DNA of 64,000 nt from Verrucomicrobiota bacterium (lineage in GTDB: Bacteria > Verrucomicrobiota > Verrucomicrobiia > Limisphaerales > CANJSG01): assembly GCA_043744715.1 (NCBI GenBank), contig JAYTUE010000082.1, forward strand, positions 1,884 to 65,883, written 5' to 3'. The position numbers and the translations under genes are program-made. Shown piece after piece: positions 20,081-29,638 of this stretch. The notes beneath the pieces are model-generated. The model was not told where the DNA came from, searched no databases, and worked only from the letters and a program-made list of their open reading frames with translations. Each line of letters opens with the position of its first letter. Position 1 is the first letter of the stretch.

Positions 20081-20199
20081 CAGCCCGTCAAAGAAGCCCC
20101 CGCCCAGCCGCGTGAGGGCACGCGGCCTACAAAAAAAGCTCGGGAATCACCTTGGTCTTGTAGGCCCGGTCCCCTGACCGGGTGTTCTTTGACGGGCTG
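20081..20199. repeat. 119-bp compound inverted-repeat element (nested stems plus two side hairpins)
   Basis: Outer 15-bp stem: CAGCCCGTCAAAGAA (20081..20095) with TTCTTTGACGGGCTG (20185..20199). Inner 9-bp stem: GGCCTACAA (20124..20132) with TTGTAGGCC (20158..20166). Side hairpins at 20110..20123 and 20166..20181. Confidence 0.7.
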
Positions 20200-20484
20200 G
20201 TAGCGTTGGTGGTGCAATTCCGTGCCCAGGCGGCGGCAAGCTTCTTCGATCACATCCAAAAATTTACAACCGCGAGCACCGCCACTCCGCGCTCGGCCAC
20301 CAAACACCCGTAGATTTCGAGAGCCAACTCGACTAAACCACCTACATGCGCCGCGCGTCTCCAAGGTGTCCATCAATCCGGGTTAAGACCACCTGACAAC
20401 CTCCGTGCATCTTTCAGGATCTTGATTCGCAGAACGAGCTGGGCAATCCGATGAATCATGGTCACCTAAGATTTGAGTCGAAGA

Positions 20485-21906
20485 TCACGCCGACGCTGAC
20501 AAATCCTTCAGGTCCGCGCGGACCTTTTCGTAGGTCGTGTCGAAGGCGAGGACCTTCGGGTCGGGTTGTTTGCCTTGGGCTTTGCAGTAGTCGAGGTAGA
20601 CATCGGGCCACCAGTTGCGGTGTGCGGTGAGGCCTTCGTCCTTCCAGTTCTTCCAACCGACGAGGACCTTGGACCAGCAGGCGTCGCCGTAGTTCACGGC
20701 CTTTCGCGGATCACCCATCTCCTTCACATACCAGTCGCGGCCCACGCGGGCATGCAGGACTTCATCGGCCCAGTCGTAGTCCTGGAAGAGCCCGGAGAGC
20801 GGGTTGCCCGAGGCGAGGCCGACTTCCCATTCGTAGCGTTTGCCGGTCTTGGGCATGAGGCCCTGCTCGATGTAGTAGAGGACGGCATGGCGTTCCAGCG
20901 GCGTGAGCTGGGTGTTGAGGGCGAGGGACCAGGTGAAGTTGACCATCACCTTGTGCCAGTCGACCCCGGCGGCCACGAACCCGGCCTCGCCCATCATGGC
21001 GTGGCGGGCTTCGTCCCAGAGCTGGCGGGTCATGTCGCGGTAGTAGCCCCAGGGTTTGCCGGGCGTCTGGGCGATGATGCTGGACATCATCTCGGGCACG
21101 TCGATTTCACGGATGCGCTTGTAGAACATCATCAGGGTCTTCGCGTCGGCCGGCATGGCCTCGTCGTAGAGGAAGACCTCGGCGTTGACCCCCATGTTGT
21201 AGGGATCGGGGAAGCGCGCGTCGCGATTGGGAACGGGATCGTAGACGAACGGCTTGGCGGAAAAGAGCCGGGCTGGAAGCGCTCCCGGAGAAACTTCGGT
21301 GCCGTCCAAACCACCGGCGGCGGCGAGGGCCTGGTCGAGGAGCTTCAGCCAACTGCCCAGGGTTTCGCGGACCTCGTCGGAAACGAGGGCGTGCAACGCC
21401 TTCGCCCCGTAGTCGACCATTTCCTCCACTTCAAGACGTGCGAACCGGCAGACCCGGACGGACGGATGATCGGCGAGCGGGTTGGTGTCGCGGATGTGGC
21501 GTTCTAGCGAGGTCTTCAAGGCCGGGAGCGCCTTGGCGTAGAGGCCGAGGAGAAGGGCTTCGGTCGAAGGAGCCGATTTGATTTCGTCGAAGAAGAGTTC
21601 CAGCCCGGCGTGGGTAGGGGCTTCAAGGCCCAGAGGCGGTTCCCGCATCTCCCCTACCCGCCTGCGGATCTCGGCGACGTGTTCCGCGCAGAGATGGGCG
21701 TGGAGGCTGAAGACCATCTTCAGCTCGTAAACGGGTTCGGCCGCCAAACGGGCGATGAGGATCTCGTGGATGCGCCTGAAGGCCGAGTGGTGGCGCTTGA
21801 GCCGCAGGACGCACTGTTCGACGGAGAGTCCCGGCCGGGAGGCTTCTGGAAAAGTGGCAAGTCCGGCCAAGGCCGGGAGGCCCTTGAAAGGGGTGTAGGC
21901 AGCCAT
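20485..21906 (-). CDS. Hypothetical ferritin-like/di-iron-type protein
   Basis: 473-aa ORF with two E-x-x-H motifs (WDEARHAMMGE, ADEVLHARVG) that suggest a di-iron carboxylate fold. The family was not identified. Confidence 0.6.
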   Translation of the reverse strand: MAAYTPFKGLPALAGLATFPEASRPGLSVEQCVLRLKRHHSAFRRIHEILIARLAAEPVYELKMVFSLHAHLCAEHVAEIRRRVGEMREPPLGLEAPTHAGLELFFDEIKSAPSTEALLLGLYAKALPALKTSLERHIRDTNPLADHPSVRVCRFARLEVEEMVDYGAKALHALVSDEVRETLGSWLKLLDQALAAAGGLDGTEVSPGALPARLFSAKPFVYDPVPNRDARFPDPYNMGVNAEVFLYDEAMPADAKTLMMFYKRIREIDVPEMMSSIIAQTPGKPWGYYRDMTRQLWDEARHAMMGEAGFVAAGVDWHKVMVNFTWSLALNTQLTPLERHAVLYYIEQGLMPKTGKRYEWEVGLASGNPLSGLFQDYDWADEVLHARVGRDWYVKEMGDPRKAVNYGDACWSKVLVGWKNWKDEGLTAHRNWWPDVYLDYCKAQGKQPDPKVLAFDTTYEKVRADLKDLSASA

Positions 21907-21965
21907 AGATCTCAGCGAAGTCTAGCCACACCAGCCGCTTCGATAAAGGCCTGAAAACGGTCTCC

Positions 21966-22003
21966 CTGAAAACAACAGCGGGCCACCGGAAATCCGGTGG
22001 CCC
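21966..22003 (-). terminator. Rho-independent terminator-like hairpin downstream of 22032..22283
   Basis: GGGCCACCGGA/TCCGGTGGCCC stem (21980..22003), followed on the minus strand by GCUGUUGUUUUC. Confidence 0.55.
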
Positions 22004-22031
22004 GACGATGAAACACTTCCGGCGAACCGGC

Positions 22032-22283
22032 TTACTTCGCCTTGACCGCCGCCGCAGCGGCGGCGGCGGCCGCCTTGCTGATCAGTTCGGCGCGGTTATT
22101 GCGCAGATAATCCTGAACGGTGGCAATGCCCCCGAGGCTGATGGGGACACGCTTCTGGTTGGAGAAGAGGCGATAGTGGGTCAGGGTCTTGCCGACTTCC
22201 ATGATCTCAAGGTGCTTGTCCTCCATTTTCCACAGTTGTCCTTTTTCAAGTTGGGGTGCGCGGCTCCGTTTGTTCAGTTTCAT
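22032..22283 (-). CDS. Hypothetical small protein with C-terminal poly-alanine tract
   Basis: 83-aa ORF ending in ISKAAAAAAAAAVKAK, with its own upstream AT-richer region and a downstream hairpin. Confidence 0.5.
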   Translation of the reverse strand: MKLNKRSRAPQLEKGQLWKMEDKHLEIMEVGKTLTHYRLFSNQKRVPISLGGIATVQDYLRNNRAELISKAAAAAAAAAVKAK

Positions 22284-22600
22284 AGATCAGACAGTCTTGG
22301 GTAATAGCAGAACACGGTTTGAAACACAACTCTTCAGATTGGTAGAGACGACATCCGCCCGAGAAAACCGAAGAATTCGTCATGATCGGACACGGTTTTC
22401 GGACAACCGTTCATGTCCATTCCAACAATTCAACCACGGCCCCCGTGCCACCGGGCCTGCATGGCAGGTCTTGGTAAGGATGACTCCAACGGACAATGCC
22501 TCGTGGAGCCTATCCTTACCCTAAACCCGCCGCGACCCGATTGCATCGCAGGTGTTTCCGGGTCAACGAAATTTCTCAGAAATGACAGGCTTCAATGGCC

Positions 22601-23191
22601 TCAACGGGGTGATTCGATCCGCACTTCCTTGAAGCCCAACTTCCCGAAGAACGCCTGCAATTGAAGGGCGGCGCGTTCCTCCGCATCGGCCACGATTCCG
22701 TTTTTCTTCGCGGCGATCAGCATTTGTCCGACTGCCTGTTTCCGGGCCTCCTGTTCGAGATCCTTGTCGAACTCGCGGAAAAGGCCCGTCGAACGATCCA
22801 GCACCTGCGTCTCGCGGTCCTTGAGATACGCGTCGAGCACTTCGGCCTTGGGCAGCTTGATCGTCAGCACGTCGCCGGAGATCTGGACGTCTCCCTCGCT
22901 CATCTTCCCCAGATCGACCCCGGCCTTCACCACTCCGCTGGCGACGAGGACGACGCGGTTGCCGCCATACCATTTCACGTCCTCAAGGATGACGACTTTT
23001 TCCAGCGTGTAGCGGACAGTGGAGAGTTCGTTCAGGCTCTGGATCTGCTTCACGATCGTCGTCGTGTTCGCGATCAACGGCACCGATCCCTGGGGCAGTA
23101 GTAGCCGGCCGAAGATGAGGCCGATGATGCCGCCGATAATGAAGATGACGATCAAAGCCGCACCCGCCGAGATCAGCATTGCCCGGTTCAT
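22601..23191 (-). CDS. DUF4230 domain membrane-anchored protein
   Basis: N-terminal TM helix, then VKQIQSLNELSTVRYTLEKVV ... LVASGVVKAGVDLGKM, typical of DUF4230. Confidence 0.7.
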   Translation of the reverse strand: MNRAMLISAGAALIVIFIIGGIIGLIFGRLLLPQGSVPLIANTTTIVKQIQSLNELSTVRYTLEKVVILEDVKWYGGNRVVLVASGVVKAGVDLGKMSEGDVQISGDVLTIKLPKAEVLDAYLKDRETQVLDRSTGLFREFDKDLEQEARKQAVGQMLIAAKKNGIVADAEERAALQLQAFFGKLGFKEVRIESPR

Positions 23192-23284
23192 AGGCCTACC
23201 ATAGCCAACGCCGCGTTTCGGCCAAGCAATTCAACCCCGCGCGCGACCGTTGCCCTGCCGATGCCCCCTGCCCTAGCCTGCGGC

Positions 23285-24286
23285 ATGAACTTCGACCAAC
23301 TGCCCGGCTTCCCGGTCAACCGTCCGCGGCGTCTCAGGCAATCCGCCGCACTCCGCAGCCTGGTGCGGGAGACCGCGCTGGCACCGGGACAGTTCATCCT
23401 GCCTTTCTTTGCGCGCCCCGGGAAAGGCGTCCGCATTCCCATCCGCTCGATGCCGGGGGTCTTCCAGCTGTCATCAGAGCAGCTCGTGAAGGACGCCGCC
23501 GAGGCGTTCAAGCTGGGGATCCGTTCCGTGATCCTGTTTGGCATTCCCGAAGCAAAGGACGCCAAGGCTTCCGGTTCCCATGCGAAGAACGGCATCGTCC
23601 AGCAGACCATCCGCCTGCTGAAAAAAGAGCTCCCGGATCTCGTGGTGGTGACGGACGTCTGCCTTTGCGAATACATGAGCCACGGACATTGCGGCATCGT
23701 GGACGTGAAGGCGGGTCGAATCCTGAACGATCCTTCCTTGGCACTCCTCGCCAAAACGGCCGTCAGCCATGCGGAGGCGGGTGCCGACATCGTCGCCCCA
23801 TCGGACATGATGGATGGACGGGTCTCGGCGATCCGCGGAGCCTTGGACAAGGCCGGCTTCTGCGACACTCCGATCATGGCCTACTCGGCCAAGTTCTCCT
23901 CAGGATTCTACGGCCCCTTCCGCGACGCGGCGGAATCCACCCCGAAGTTCGGCGACCGCCGCAGCTACCAGATGGACGCGGCCAACGCCAACGAAGCCCT
24001 GCGCGAAACGGCTCTCGATATTGCCGAAGGCGCGGACATCGTCATGGTGAAACCAGCCCTCGCCTACCTCGACATCATCTACCGAGTGAAGACGACCTTC
24101 GGCCTTCCCACGGCGGCCTACAACGTCAGCGCCGAGTATTCCATGATCAAGGCCGCCGCCGCCAACGGCTGGATCGACGAGCGCACGGTCACGCTGGAAA
24201 GCCTGCTGGCCATGAAACGGGCGGGGGCGGATATGATCATCACCTACGCCGCAAAGGAGGCGGCTAGGTGGCTGAACGAGGCTTGA
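23285..24286 (+). CDS. hemB: Porphobilinogen synthase (delta-aminolevulinic acid dehydratase)
   Basis: RPRRLRQS, CLCEYMSHGHCG, APSDMMDGRV, SAKFSSGFYGPFRD and VMVKPA motifs. The start is placed at MNFDQL (23285); the track ORF starts at 23261. Confidence 0.95.
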   Translation: MNFDQLPGFPVNRPRRLRQSAALRSLVRETALAPGQFILPFFARPGKGVRIPIRSMPGVFQLSSEQLVKDAAEAFKLGIRSVILFGIPEAKDAKASGSHAKNGIVQQTIRLLKKELPDLVVVTDVCLCEYMSHGHCGIVDVKAGRILNDPSLALLAKTAVSHAEAGADIVAPSDMMDGRVSAIRGALDKAGFCDTPIMAYSAKFSSGFYGPFRDAAESTPKFGDRRSYQMDAANANEALRETALDIAEGADIVMVKPALAYLDIIYRVKTTFGLPTAAYNVSAEYSMIKAAAANGWIDERTVTLESLLAMKRAGADMIITYAAKEAARWLNEA

Positions 24287-24405
24287 GTGCGGCCCTCATT
24301 TCGTCTCCTTCAGCCGGACCCCATAAATTCCACGGCGGGAGGAACCGGTCAGATCTTCCCGACAAACGGCTCTCCGCAATGAACGAGGACTGAAGCCGAA
24401 TCCGG

Positions 24406-24930
24406 TTAGGGTGTTTGGGTGATCGAACCAGACTGCATGATCGCCCAGATGATGAGCCCGATGATCACGACTCCCAACACGATCGCGCCCACGATGAACA
24501 TCTTGGTGCCGCTGTTCGTCTTCTTGGCGAAGGCGGAATCCTTGGCGAAGGACGTCGACTGGGTCGCGCCGATATCGTCGATCTTGACTCCCTTGCCGAT
24601 GACCTGGGTGCGATCAACGGACTTCTTGGCCGAAGCCCCTTCGATTCCTTCGACCCGGATCTCGACTTGGCCGAGGCGGAGAATCTGGCCTGAAGGGATC
24701 GGCGCTTCGCCGTGCACCTGCTTGCCGTTGATGAAGGTGCCGTTGGTGGAATTGAGATCGCGCACGACCACTTCCGTTCCCATCAACAGGATCTCGCAGT
24801 GGTGGCTGGAGACGGAAGGATCCGATACCTGGAAGGAGTTGTCCTCGACGCGGCCGACAGTGATTTTGTCCGTCTTCAGTTCATAACTGAGTCCGGCGAG
24901 GCCTTGGCTGAGGACAACAAGCTTGGGCAT
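24406..24930 (-). CDS. FHA-domain protein with C-terminal TM anchor
   Basis: ITVGRVEDNSFQVSDPSVSSHHCEI ... RDLNSTNGTFINGKQV (FHA) and a C-terminal helix FIVGAIVLGVVIIGLIIWAI. Confidence 0.85.
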   Translation of the reverse strand: MPKLVVLSQGLAGLSYELKTDKITVGRVEDNSFQVSDPSVSSHHCEILLMGTEVVVRDLNSTNGTFINGKQVHGEAPIPSGQILRLGQVEIRVEGIEGASAKKSVDRTQVIGKGVKIDDIGATQSTSFAKDSAFAKKTNSGTKMFIVGAIVLGVVIIGLIIWAIMQSGSITQTP

Positions 24931-25014
24931 AAGGGGATTGGTAAGGCTGGTTTATCGGATGCGAGATCGCTGAGTCAACCGGTTTATCCTCAGAGCCCGG
25001 GGCGTGTGCCCGCT

Positions 25015-26175
25015 CTAGGCCGTCAAAATCATGCTGCGGAACTCGGCAAACAAAGACGTGGAATCGTGCGGTCCGGGTGAAGCCTCGGGGTGATATTGCA
25101 CGCAGAAAAGCTTCTTCGAACGATGCCTCAACCCTTCGACGGTCTGGTCGTTGAGGTTGATCCGGTTGACCGAGACATCGGAGGGCATCGAAGCCGCGTC
25201 GACCGCGAAACCGTGGTTTTGTGAGGTAATCTCGACCTTGCCGCTCTCAAGATCCTTCACCGGCTGGTTGCCGCCGCGATGGCCGAACTTGAGCTTGAAG
25301 GTTTTTCCACCGAGCGCCTGGCCGAGAATCTGATGGCCAAGACAGATCCCGAACGTCGGCAAGCCGGAATCCACGAGCGCCTTCACTTCACGGACGATTG
25401 CCCCCAAAGCGGCCGGATCACCGGGACCATTGGAAAGAAACAACCCCGCAGGCTTGTGCTTCAGGATCTCCGCCGCCGTCGTGTGGGCCGGCACCACCTG
25501 CACCTTGAAGCCGTGCTGACGCAGCCGGCGCAGGATGTTGTATTTCATCCCGAAGTCGTAGGCGACGATCGGCACATCGGCCGGTGGGAGCGGCTTGCGG
25601 ACGTTGCGGGCATCCGCGACGGCCCCCGCCTGGACAAGGCTGAACGCCGCCGACTGCTTGTCCTCAGGATCCCACTGGAACGCCTGTTTGTGGGTGACTT
25701 CGCTGACGTAGTCGCGACCCTCCATGCCGCCCCAGGCTTTCGCCCTGGAAACGGCTTCCGCGTCCGACATCGCAAGAGTCGAGATGCAACCGCTCAGCGC
25801 TCCCCGGACGCGCAGTTTCTTGGTCAACGAGCGCGTGTCGATTCCTTCGATGCCGGGAATGCCGTGCTTCTTGAGATACTCGTCGAGGGAACAATCGGCC
25901 CTCCAGTTGCTGACGACGGGTGAAAGTTCGCGGATGACGAATCCGGCGACGTGCGGAGCCCACGATTCCACGTCCTGTTCGTTGACGCCGTAGTTGCCGA
26001 TCAACGGATAGGTCATCGTCACGATCTGCCCCTTGTAGGAGGGATCGGTAAGGATTTCCTGGTAGCCCGTCATGGAGGTGTTGAAACACACCTCGCCGGC
26101 CGTGGCGCTGTCGGCGCCAAAGGCTCTTCCGTGGAATACGGAACCATCTTCAAGGGCCAAAATCGCTTGCTTCAT
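25015..26175 (-). CDS. carA: Carbamoyl-phosphate synthase small (glutaminase) subunit
   Basis: [16 protein letters not shown], the GATase triad region [10 protein letters not shown] and [14 protein letters not shown]. The start is at 26175 rather than the track start 26235. Confidence 0.95.
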   Translation of the reverse strand: MKQAILALEDGSVFHGRAFGADSATAGEVCFNTSMTGYQEILTDPSYKGQIVTMTYPLIGNYGVNEQDVESWAPHVAGFVIRELSPVVSNWRADCSLDEYLKKHGIPGIEGIDTRSLTKKLRVRGALSGCISTLAMSDAEAVSRAKAWGGMEGRDYVSEVTHKQAFQWDPEDKQSAAFSLVQAGAVADARNVRKPLPPADVPIVAYDFGMKYNILRRLRQHGFKVQVVPAHTTAAEILKHKPAGLFLSNGPGDPAALGAIVREVKALVDSGLPTFGICLGHQILGQALGGKTFKLKFGHRGGNQPVKDLESGKVEITSQNHGFAVDAASMPSDVSVNRINLNDQTVEGLRHRSKKLFCVQYHPEASPGPHDSTSLFAEFRSMILTA

Positions 26176-26293
26176 CGTAGAAATGCGGCGCGATGCTAGG
26201 AGCGACCCCCGTGAGGTCAAGCGACAATCCCTCAAGCCCTAAAACGTAGACGCCCGGCACGAGGTCGGGCGTCGCAGAAACCCTTTCGATGAG

Positions 26294-26740
26294 CTATTTC
26301 TTGGAGATGGCCTTCATCATCTGACCGATCACCGCCTTGGCACCATCCCCACCGTAGCCGACCTGCCGCCAAAGCTCTTTGCCCTCGCCGTTCAGGATGA
26401 TCAGCGTCGGAAATCCCTCGATCTTGTATTTCTCGCTCAAAGCCTGGTTGGTTTTCTTGAGATTCTCGGCCTGGGGTTTCCTCCGCGGAAAATCGAGCTC
26501 CACGAGCACTAGGCTCTTCTTGGCGAAGTCCTTGAAGTCCGCCGTATCCAGCACGTTTTTGTGGAGTTGAACGCAGGGGGGGCACCAGTCGGAACCGGTG
26601 AAGTCCAGGAGGACGAACTTGCCGTCCTTCTTGGCCTGGGCTTGAGCCGCCTTCGCATCCGTTCCCCAACCCTCGCTCGCAGCCAAAACGGTTGCCGCAG
26701 AAAGAACCAGTGCTGCCAATGTTGCTTTGATGGATTTCAT
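26294..26740 (-). CDS. Exported thioredoxin-family protein
   Basis: Signal peptide MKSIKATLAALVLSAATVLA and active site DWCPPC. The start is placed at 26740. Confidence 0.8.
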   Translation of the reverse strand: MKSIKATLAALVLSAATVLAASEGWGTDAKAAQAQAKKDGKFVLLDFTGSDWCPPCVQLHKNVLDTADFKDFAKKSLVLVELDFPRRKPQAENLKKTNQALSEKYKIEGFPTLIILNGEGKELWRQVGYGGDGAKAVIGQMMKAISKK

Positions 26741-26805
26741 TAGATTCCCTTTCGTGGCAAAGGCTAGCCCCTGATCTGGTTCCCGCAAGCCGCTTCCCTA
26801 AAACG

Positions 26806-28179
26806 CTACGCTTTGTAGGCCACATTCCCCGCCACCACGGTGCCGGTCACCCTGCCCCTCATGGGCCATCCATGGAACGGGCTGTTCTTCGACTTGCTGA
26901 CCGACGCCATCCGGTCATACGTCCATTCCGCATCGAGATCGAAAACCGTGACATCGCCGTCACATCCCACGGTCAGCCGCCCCTTCGTTCGCAGTCCAAG
27001 CAGCCTGGCCGGATTGACCGTGAATTTCTCCACCATGGACGACAGGGAAAGGCGCTTGGTGTGGACCAGCTGCATCAGGGAAAGCGCGAGTTCGTTTTCC
27101 AGTCCAGTGATGCCAAACGGCGCGTAGTCGAACTCGACTTCCTTCTGGTAGTCGCAGTGCGGTGCGTGGTCGCTGGCCAGAACCTCCAGAGTCCCGTCCG
27201 CCAAGCCTTCGAGAATGGCTTCCCGATCCGCCGCCGAACGGAGCGGCGGGTTCATCTTGAAATTCGTATCGTAAGAGGGCCATTGCGGCACGGGCCTTCC
27301 CCTCAGGTCCACCAAGCCCTTGCCGTCCCCTTTCCAGAAACCGTCGCTGCCCGCGAGGGCCATGTCGGTCAGCGTGAAATGATGCGGGCAGGCCTCGCCG
27401 GAGATCGGCACCCCGCGCTTCTTTGCTTCACGGATCAAGCGGATGCTCCCCGCCGCGCTCATGTGCTGGCAATGAACCCGGCATCCGGTCAGTTCCGCCA
27501 GGAGGATGTTGCGGGCAACGATCATCTCCTCCCCGGCCGACGGCCAGCCTCGCAATCCAAGCGAAGCGCTCCAATAGCCCTCGTGCATCACCCCGTCGGT
27601 CACGATCGAATAGTCCTGGCAATGATCCATGACCGTCAGGTCGAACATCCGCGCATATTCCAACGCACGGCGCATCAGATCGTTGTTCTGGATGCAATGC
27701 CCGTCATCAGTGACGGCCACGACCCCGGCGTTCTTGAGCGATCCGATCGGCGCGAGTTCCTCGCCGGCGATCCCCTTGGTCAGAGCCCCGGCCACGAACA
27801 CATTGACCACGCCCTCACGCTGCGCCTTCTCCTGGATCAGCGCCACGGCACCCGTGTTGTCGATGGCCGGCGACGTGTTCGGCATGCAGACGATGGAGGT
27901 GAATCCCCCGCGCGCCGCCGCCTGGGTGCCGGTGGCGATGGTTTCCTTGGCCGACTGGCCGGGTTCCCGGAGATGCACATGCAGGTCGATCAACCCCGGG
28001 CTGACCACCTTGCCCGCGGCATCCATCCTCGGAACTCCCGCCGGCACTTGAGCCGCGACGCCGGGACCGACGGCAGCGATCTTGCCGTCACGAATCCAGA
28101 CGTCGCCCGTCGTGTCGACGCGGTTGGCGGGATCCAAAATGCGGCCTCCGGTGATGAGCAGAGAAGCGGGCGATAGCAT
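26806..28179 (-). CDS. pyrC: Dihydroorotase (multifunctional-complex type amidohydrolase)
   Basis: GLIDLHVHLREPG, the metal-binding HxH, and DHAPH near the C-terminus. It lies next to carA. Confidence 0.9.
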   Translation of the reverse strand: MLSPASLLITGGRILDPANRVDTTGDVWIRDGKIAAVGPGVAAQVPAGVPRMDAAGKVVSPGLIDLHVHLREPGQSAKETIATGTQAAARGGFTSIVCMPNTSPAIDNTGAVALIQEKAQREGVVNVFVAGALTKGIAGEELAPIGSLKNAGVVAVTDDGHCIQNNDLMRRALEYARMFDLTVMDHCQDYSIVTDGVMHEGYWSASLGLRGWPSAGEEMIVARNILLAELTGCRVHCQHMSAAGSIRLIREAKKRGVPISGEACPHHFTLTDMALAGSDGFWKGDGKGLVDLRGRPVPQWPSYDTNFKMNPPLRSAADREAILEGLADGTLEVLASDHAPHCDYQKEVEFDYAPFGITGLENELALSLMQLVHTKRLSLSSMVEKFTVNPARLLGLRTKGRLTVGCDGDVTVFDLDAEWTYDRMASVSKSKNSPFHGWPMRGRVTGTVVAGNVAYKA

Positions 28180-28250
28180 CGGGCGCGGACGCTACAAGGA
28201 GCAGGTTTGACAACGCAAGCGCAGCACCGTATTCCACTGCGCGTTCGGAT

Positions 28251-28324
28251 GCGGGTGTAGCTCAATGGTAGAGCGCTAGTCTTCCAAACTAGTTACGAGG
28301 GTTCGATTCCCTTCACCCGCTCCA
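28251..28324 (+). tRNA. tRNA-Gly (anticodon UCC), with encoded CCA
   Basis: Hand-folded cloverleaf: acceptor GCGGGTG/CACCCGC, D arm GCTC-AATGGTA-GAGC, anticodon arm CTAGT-CTTCCAA-ACTAG (UCC at positions 34-36), T arm GAGGG-TTCGATT-CCCTT, then discriminator T plus CCA. Confidence 0.9.
28295..28324 (+). repeat. attL core (3-prime 30 nt of tRNA-Gly)
   Basis: ACGAGGGTTCGATTCCCTTCACCCGCTCCA, identical to 59698..59727. Confidence 0.9.
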
Positions 28325-28383
28325 CTCTTCCCAAACTGCTTCTGCTGAGGGCTTCCCGCGATTCCGACTTCAGACCTACACAC

Positions 28384-28407
28384 AAAACGGGAATAAAAAC
28401 GGGAATA
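28384..28407 (+). repeat. Tandem 12-mer AAAACGGGAATA x2 (candidate recombinase arm-type site)
   Basis: Two perfect tandem copies lie 60-83 bp inside attL. A related AAAAGCGGGAATG lies 74-86 bp inside attR. Confidence 0.5.
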
Positions 28408-28611
28408 GCAGACCCAGTTTTGCGCCTCGAACACGGTGGAAATCCCTGTGTTTACAGGGGGTATGATGATGGTGTTCACATTGCTGAAATGGGAATTCTC
28501 AGGTCGTTCCCCTTTCGCTCAAGTTCTCGGAGGGAACTGAGATTCCTGACTGCTCAAGAATTGAAAATGAAGCAAATGGCAGCCCTCAAGATGCTGGTGA
28601 ATTCGATGAAA

Positions 28612-28633
28612 GAAAAACCCCGCGACAAGCGGG
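28612..28633 (-). terminator. Rho-independent terminator of 28640..29065
   Basis: On the minus strand, CCCCGC-uuguc-GCGGGG is followed by UUUUU. Confidence 0.75.
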
Positions 28634-28639
28634 GCTGAT

Positions 28640-29065
28640 CTATTTGCGGCTTTCTTCGACGAACCGGACAAACTTGGGATCTTGGAACGCTTTGGACTTT
28701 TCCCAGACGGATTTCGGGATGGGGCGGGCGACCGCCTGCCGGGTGCGGAACACGCCTGCTTCCATCGCCTGCCAAGTGGAGTTCAAATGCAGCACAAGGA
28801 ACGTCACGAAGAGGGATTCCTCGTTGGTCACCGGTTTGCGGACCAGATCCACGTCCGTTTCGAGGATGCGGGCCAGTTCGGGACGGGTGAAGAGCTGGGA
28901 CCAGATGTCGCGGTGAGCGGAGGTCAGCGCCAGCAGGTTGCCGATGCGGCGGGAGCTTTCGTCTTTGCGGAAGGAGAACGCCGTGAACCCGAGACTGGCC
29001 ATGATCCCCAACACTCCGACCAGGTCGAAGCCGTGTTCCTGAATCCAATGCAGCGAAAATTCCAT
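28640..29065 (-). CDS. Hypothetical protein with one N-terminal TM helix
   Basis: 141-aa ORF (LVGVLGIMASLGFTAFSF) with a clean terminator. No family recognised. Confidence 0.55.
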   Translation of the reverse strand: MEFSLHWIQEHGFDLVGVLGIMASLGFTAFSFRKDESSRRIGNLLALTSAHRDIWSQLFTRPELARILETDVDLVRKPVTNEESLFVTFLVLHLNSTWQAMEAGVFRTRQAVARPIPKSVWEKSKAFQDPKFVRFVEESRK

Positions 29066-29094
29066 CCCTGCATTGTATCACGGCGACAGCCGTT

Positions 29095-29128
29095 TCGTCA
29101 CACGCTGTCGAGGATGTCGCCCTTGGCC
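29095..29128. repeat. 34-bp direct repeat, copy 1 (duplicated 3-prime end of gene 29642..29884)
   Basis: TCGTCACACGCTGTCGAGGATGTCGCCCTTGGCC matches 29639..29672 with one mismatch. The reverse translation gives AKGDILDSV-stop. Confidence 0.85.
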
Positions 29129-29199
29129 CGGCTTGCTGTGGCTGGACGCATGGTTGACACTGGACCCTGAAGCAAATAGCCCTTCTTCCCGACACAACT

Positions 29200-29574
29200 A
29201 TGATCAAATCAGCAACGATTCTTCTGGCCGCTGCCCTCCTGGCCTTCGGCGGCAACACCTTGTCCGCACAGACCACCACCGAACCCAAGACCGTGATCCA
29301 TGTGGTGACGGTGAAATGGAAGGCGGACGCCACCCCGAAGCAGATCCAGGCCGCGCTGGACGGCGTGAAGGCGCTGCCTGCGGCGTATCCGGGCGTCAAA
29401 CGGGTATGGATCAAGGCCATCAAGGTCCAGGGCGATAAGACCAACGCGTTAGTCATGGAATTCGCCGATGAAGCGGCCTTGAAGGCCTATGCGGACAGCC
29501 CCGCCCAGAAGGAATGGTATAAGGTCTATCTGCCCATCCGCGAAGCGAGCACGACCTTCGACATCACCAACTAG
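29200..29574 (+). CDS. Exported Dabb (stress-responsive A/B barrel) domain protein
   Basis: Signal peptide MIKSATILLAAALLAFGGNTLSA, then VIHVVTVKWKADATPKQI ... ALVMEFADEAALKAYADSPAQKEW. Confidence 0.7.
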   Translation: MIKSATILLAAALLAFGGNTLSAQTTTEPKTVIHVVTVKWKADATPKQIQAALDGVKALPAAYPGVKRVWIKAIKVQGDKTNALVMEFADEAALKAYADSPAQKEWYKVYLPIREASTTFDITN

Positions 29575-29638
29575 CCGCCAAACGCGGTCCGTCCCCTGAA
29601 GGCTGGCGGGATTTCCAGCCGACCACACGGCGGCCTTC

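Noticed and set aside
19627-20376. 249-aa minus-strand ORF in the 20.07-20.48 kb gap, with stretches vaguely like a ParE/RelE toxin (ALEIYGCLVAERG..., KFLDVIEEACRRLG).
   Set aside because: The similarity needs frame changes and is weak. Most of the ORF is antisense to the 18779..20065 gene or runs through the inverted-repeat element. It was not annotated.
28554-29456. 300-aa minus-strand ORF spanning the 141-aa gene and the Dabb gene.
   Set aside because: It overlaps two better-supported genes in other frames or on the other strand, and its translation is Pro/Arg-rich with no motif. The same reasoning applies to 30289..30813 and 30813..31190.
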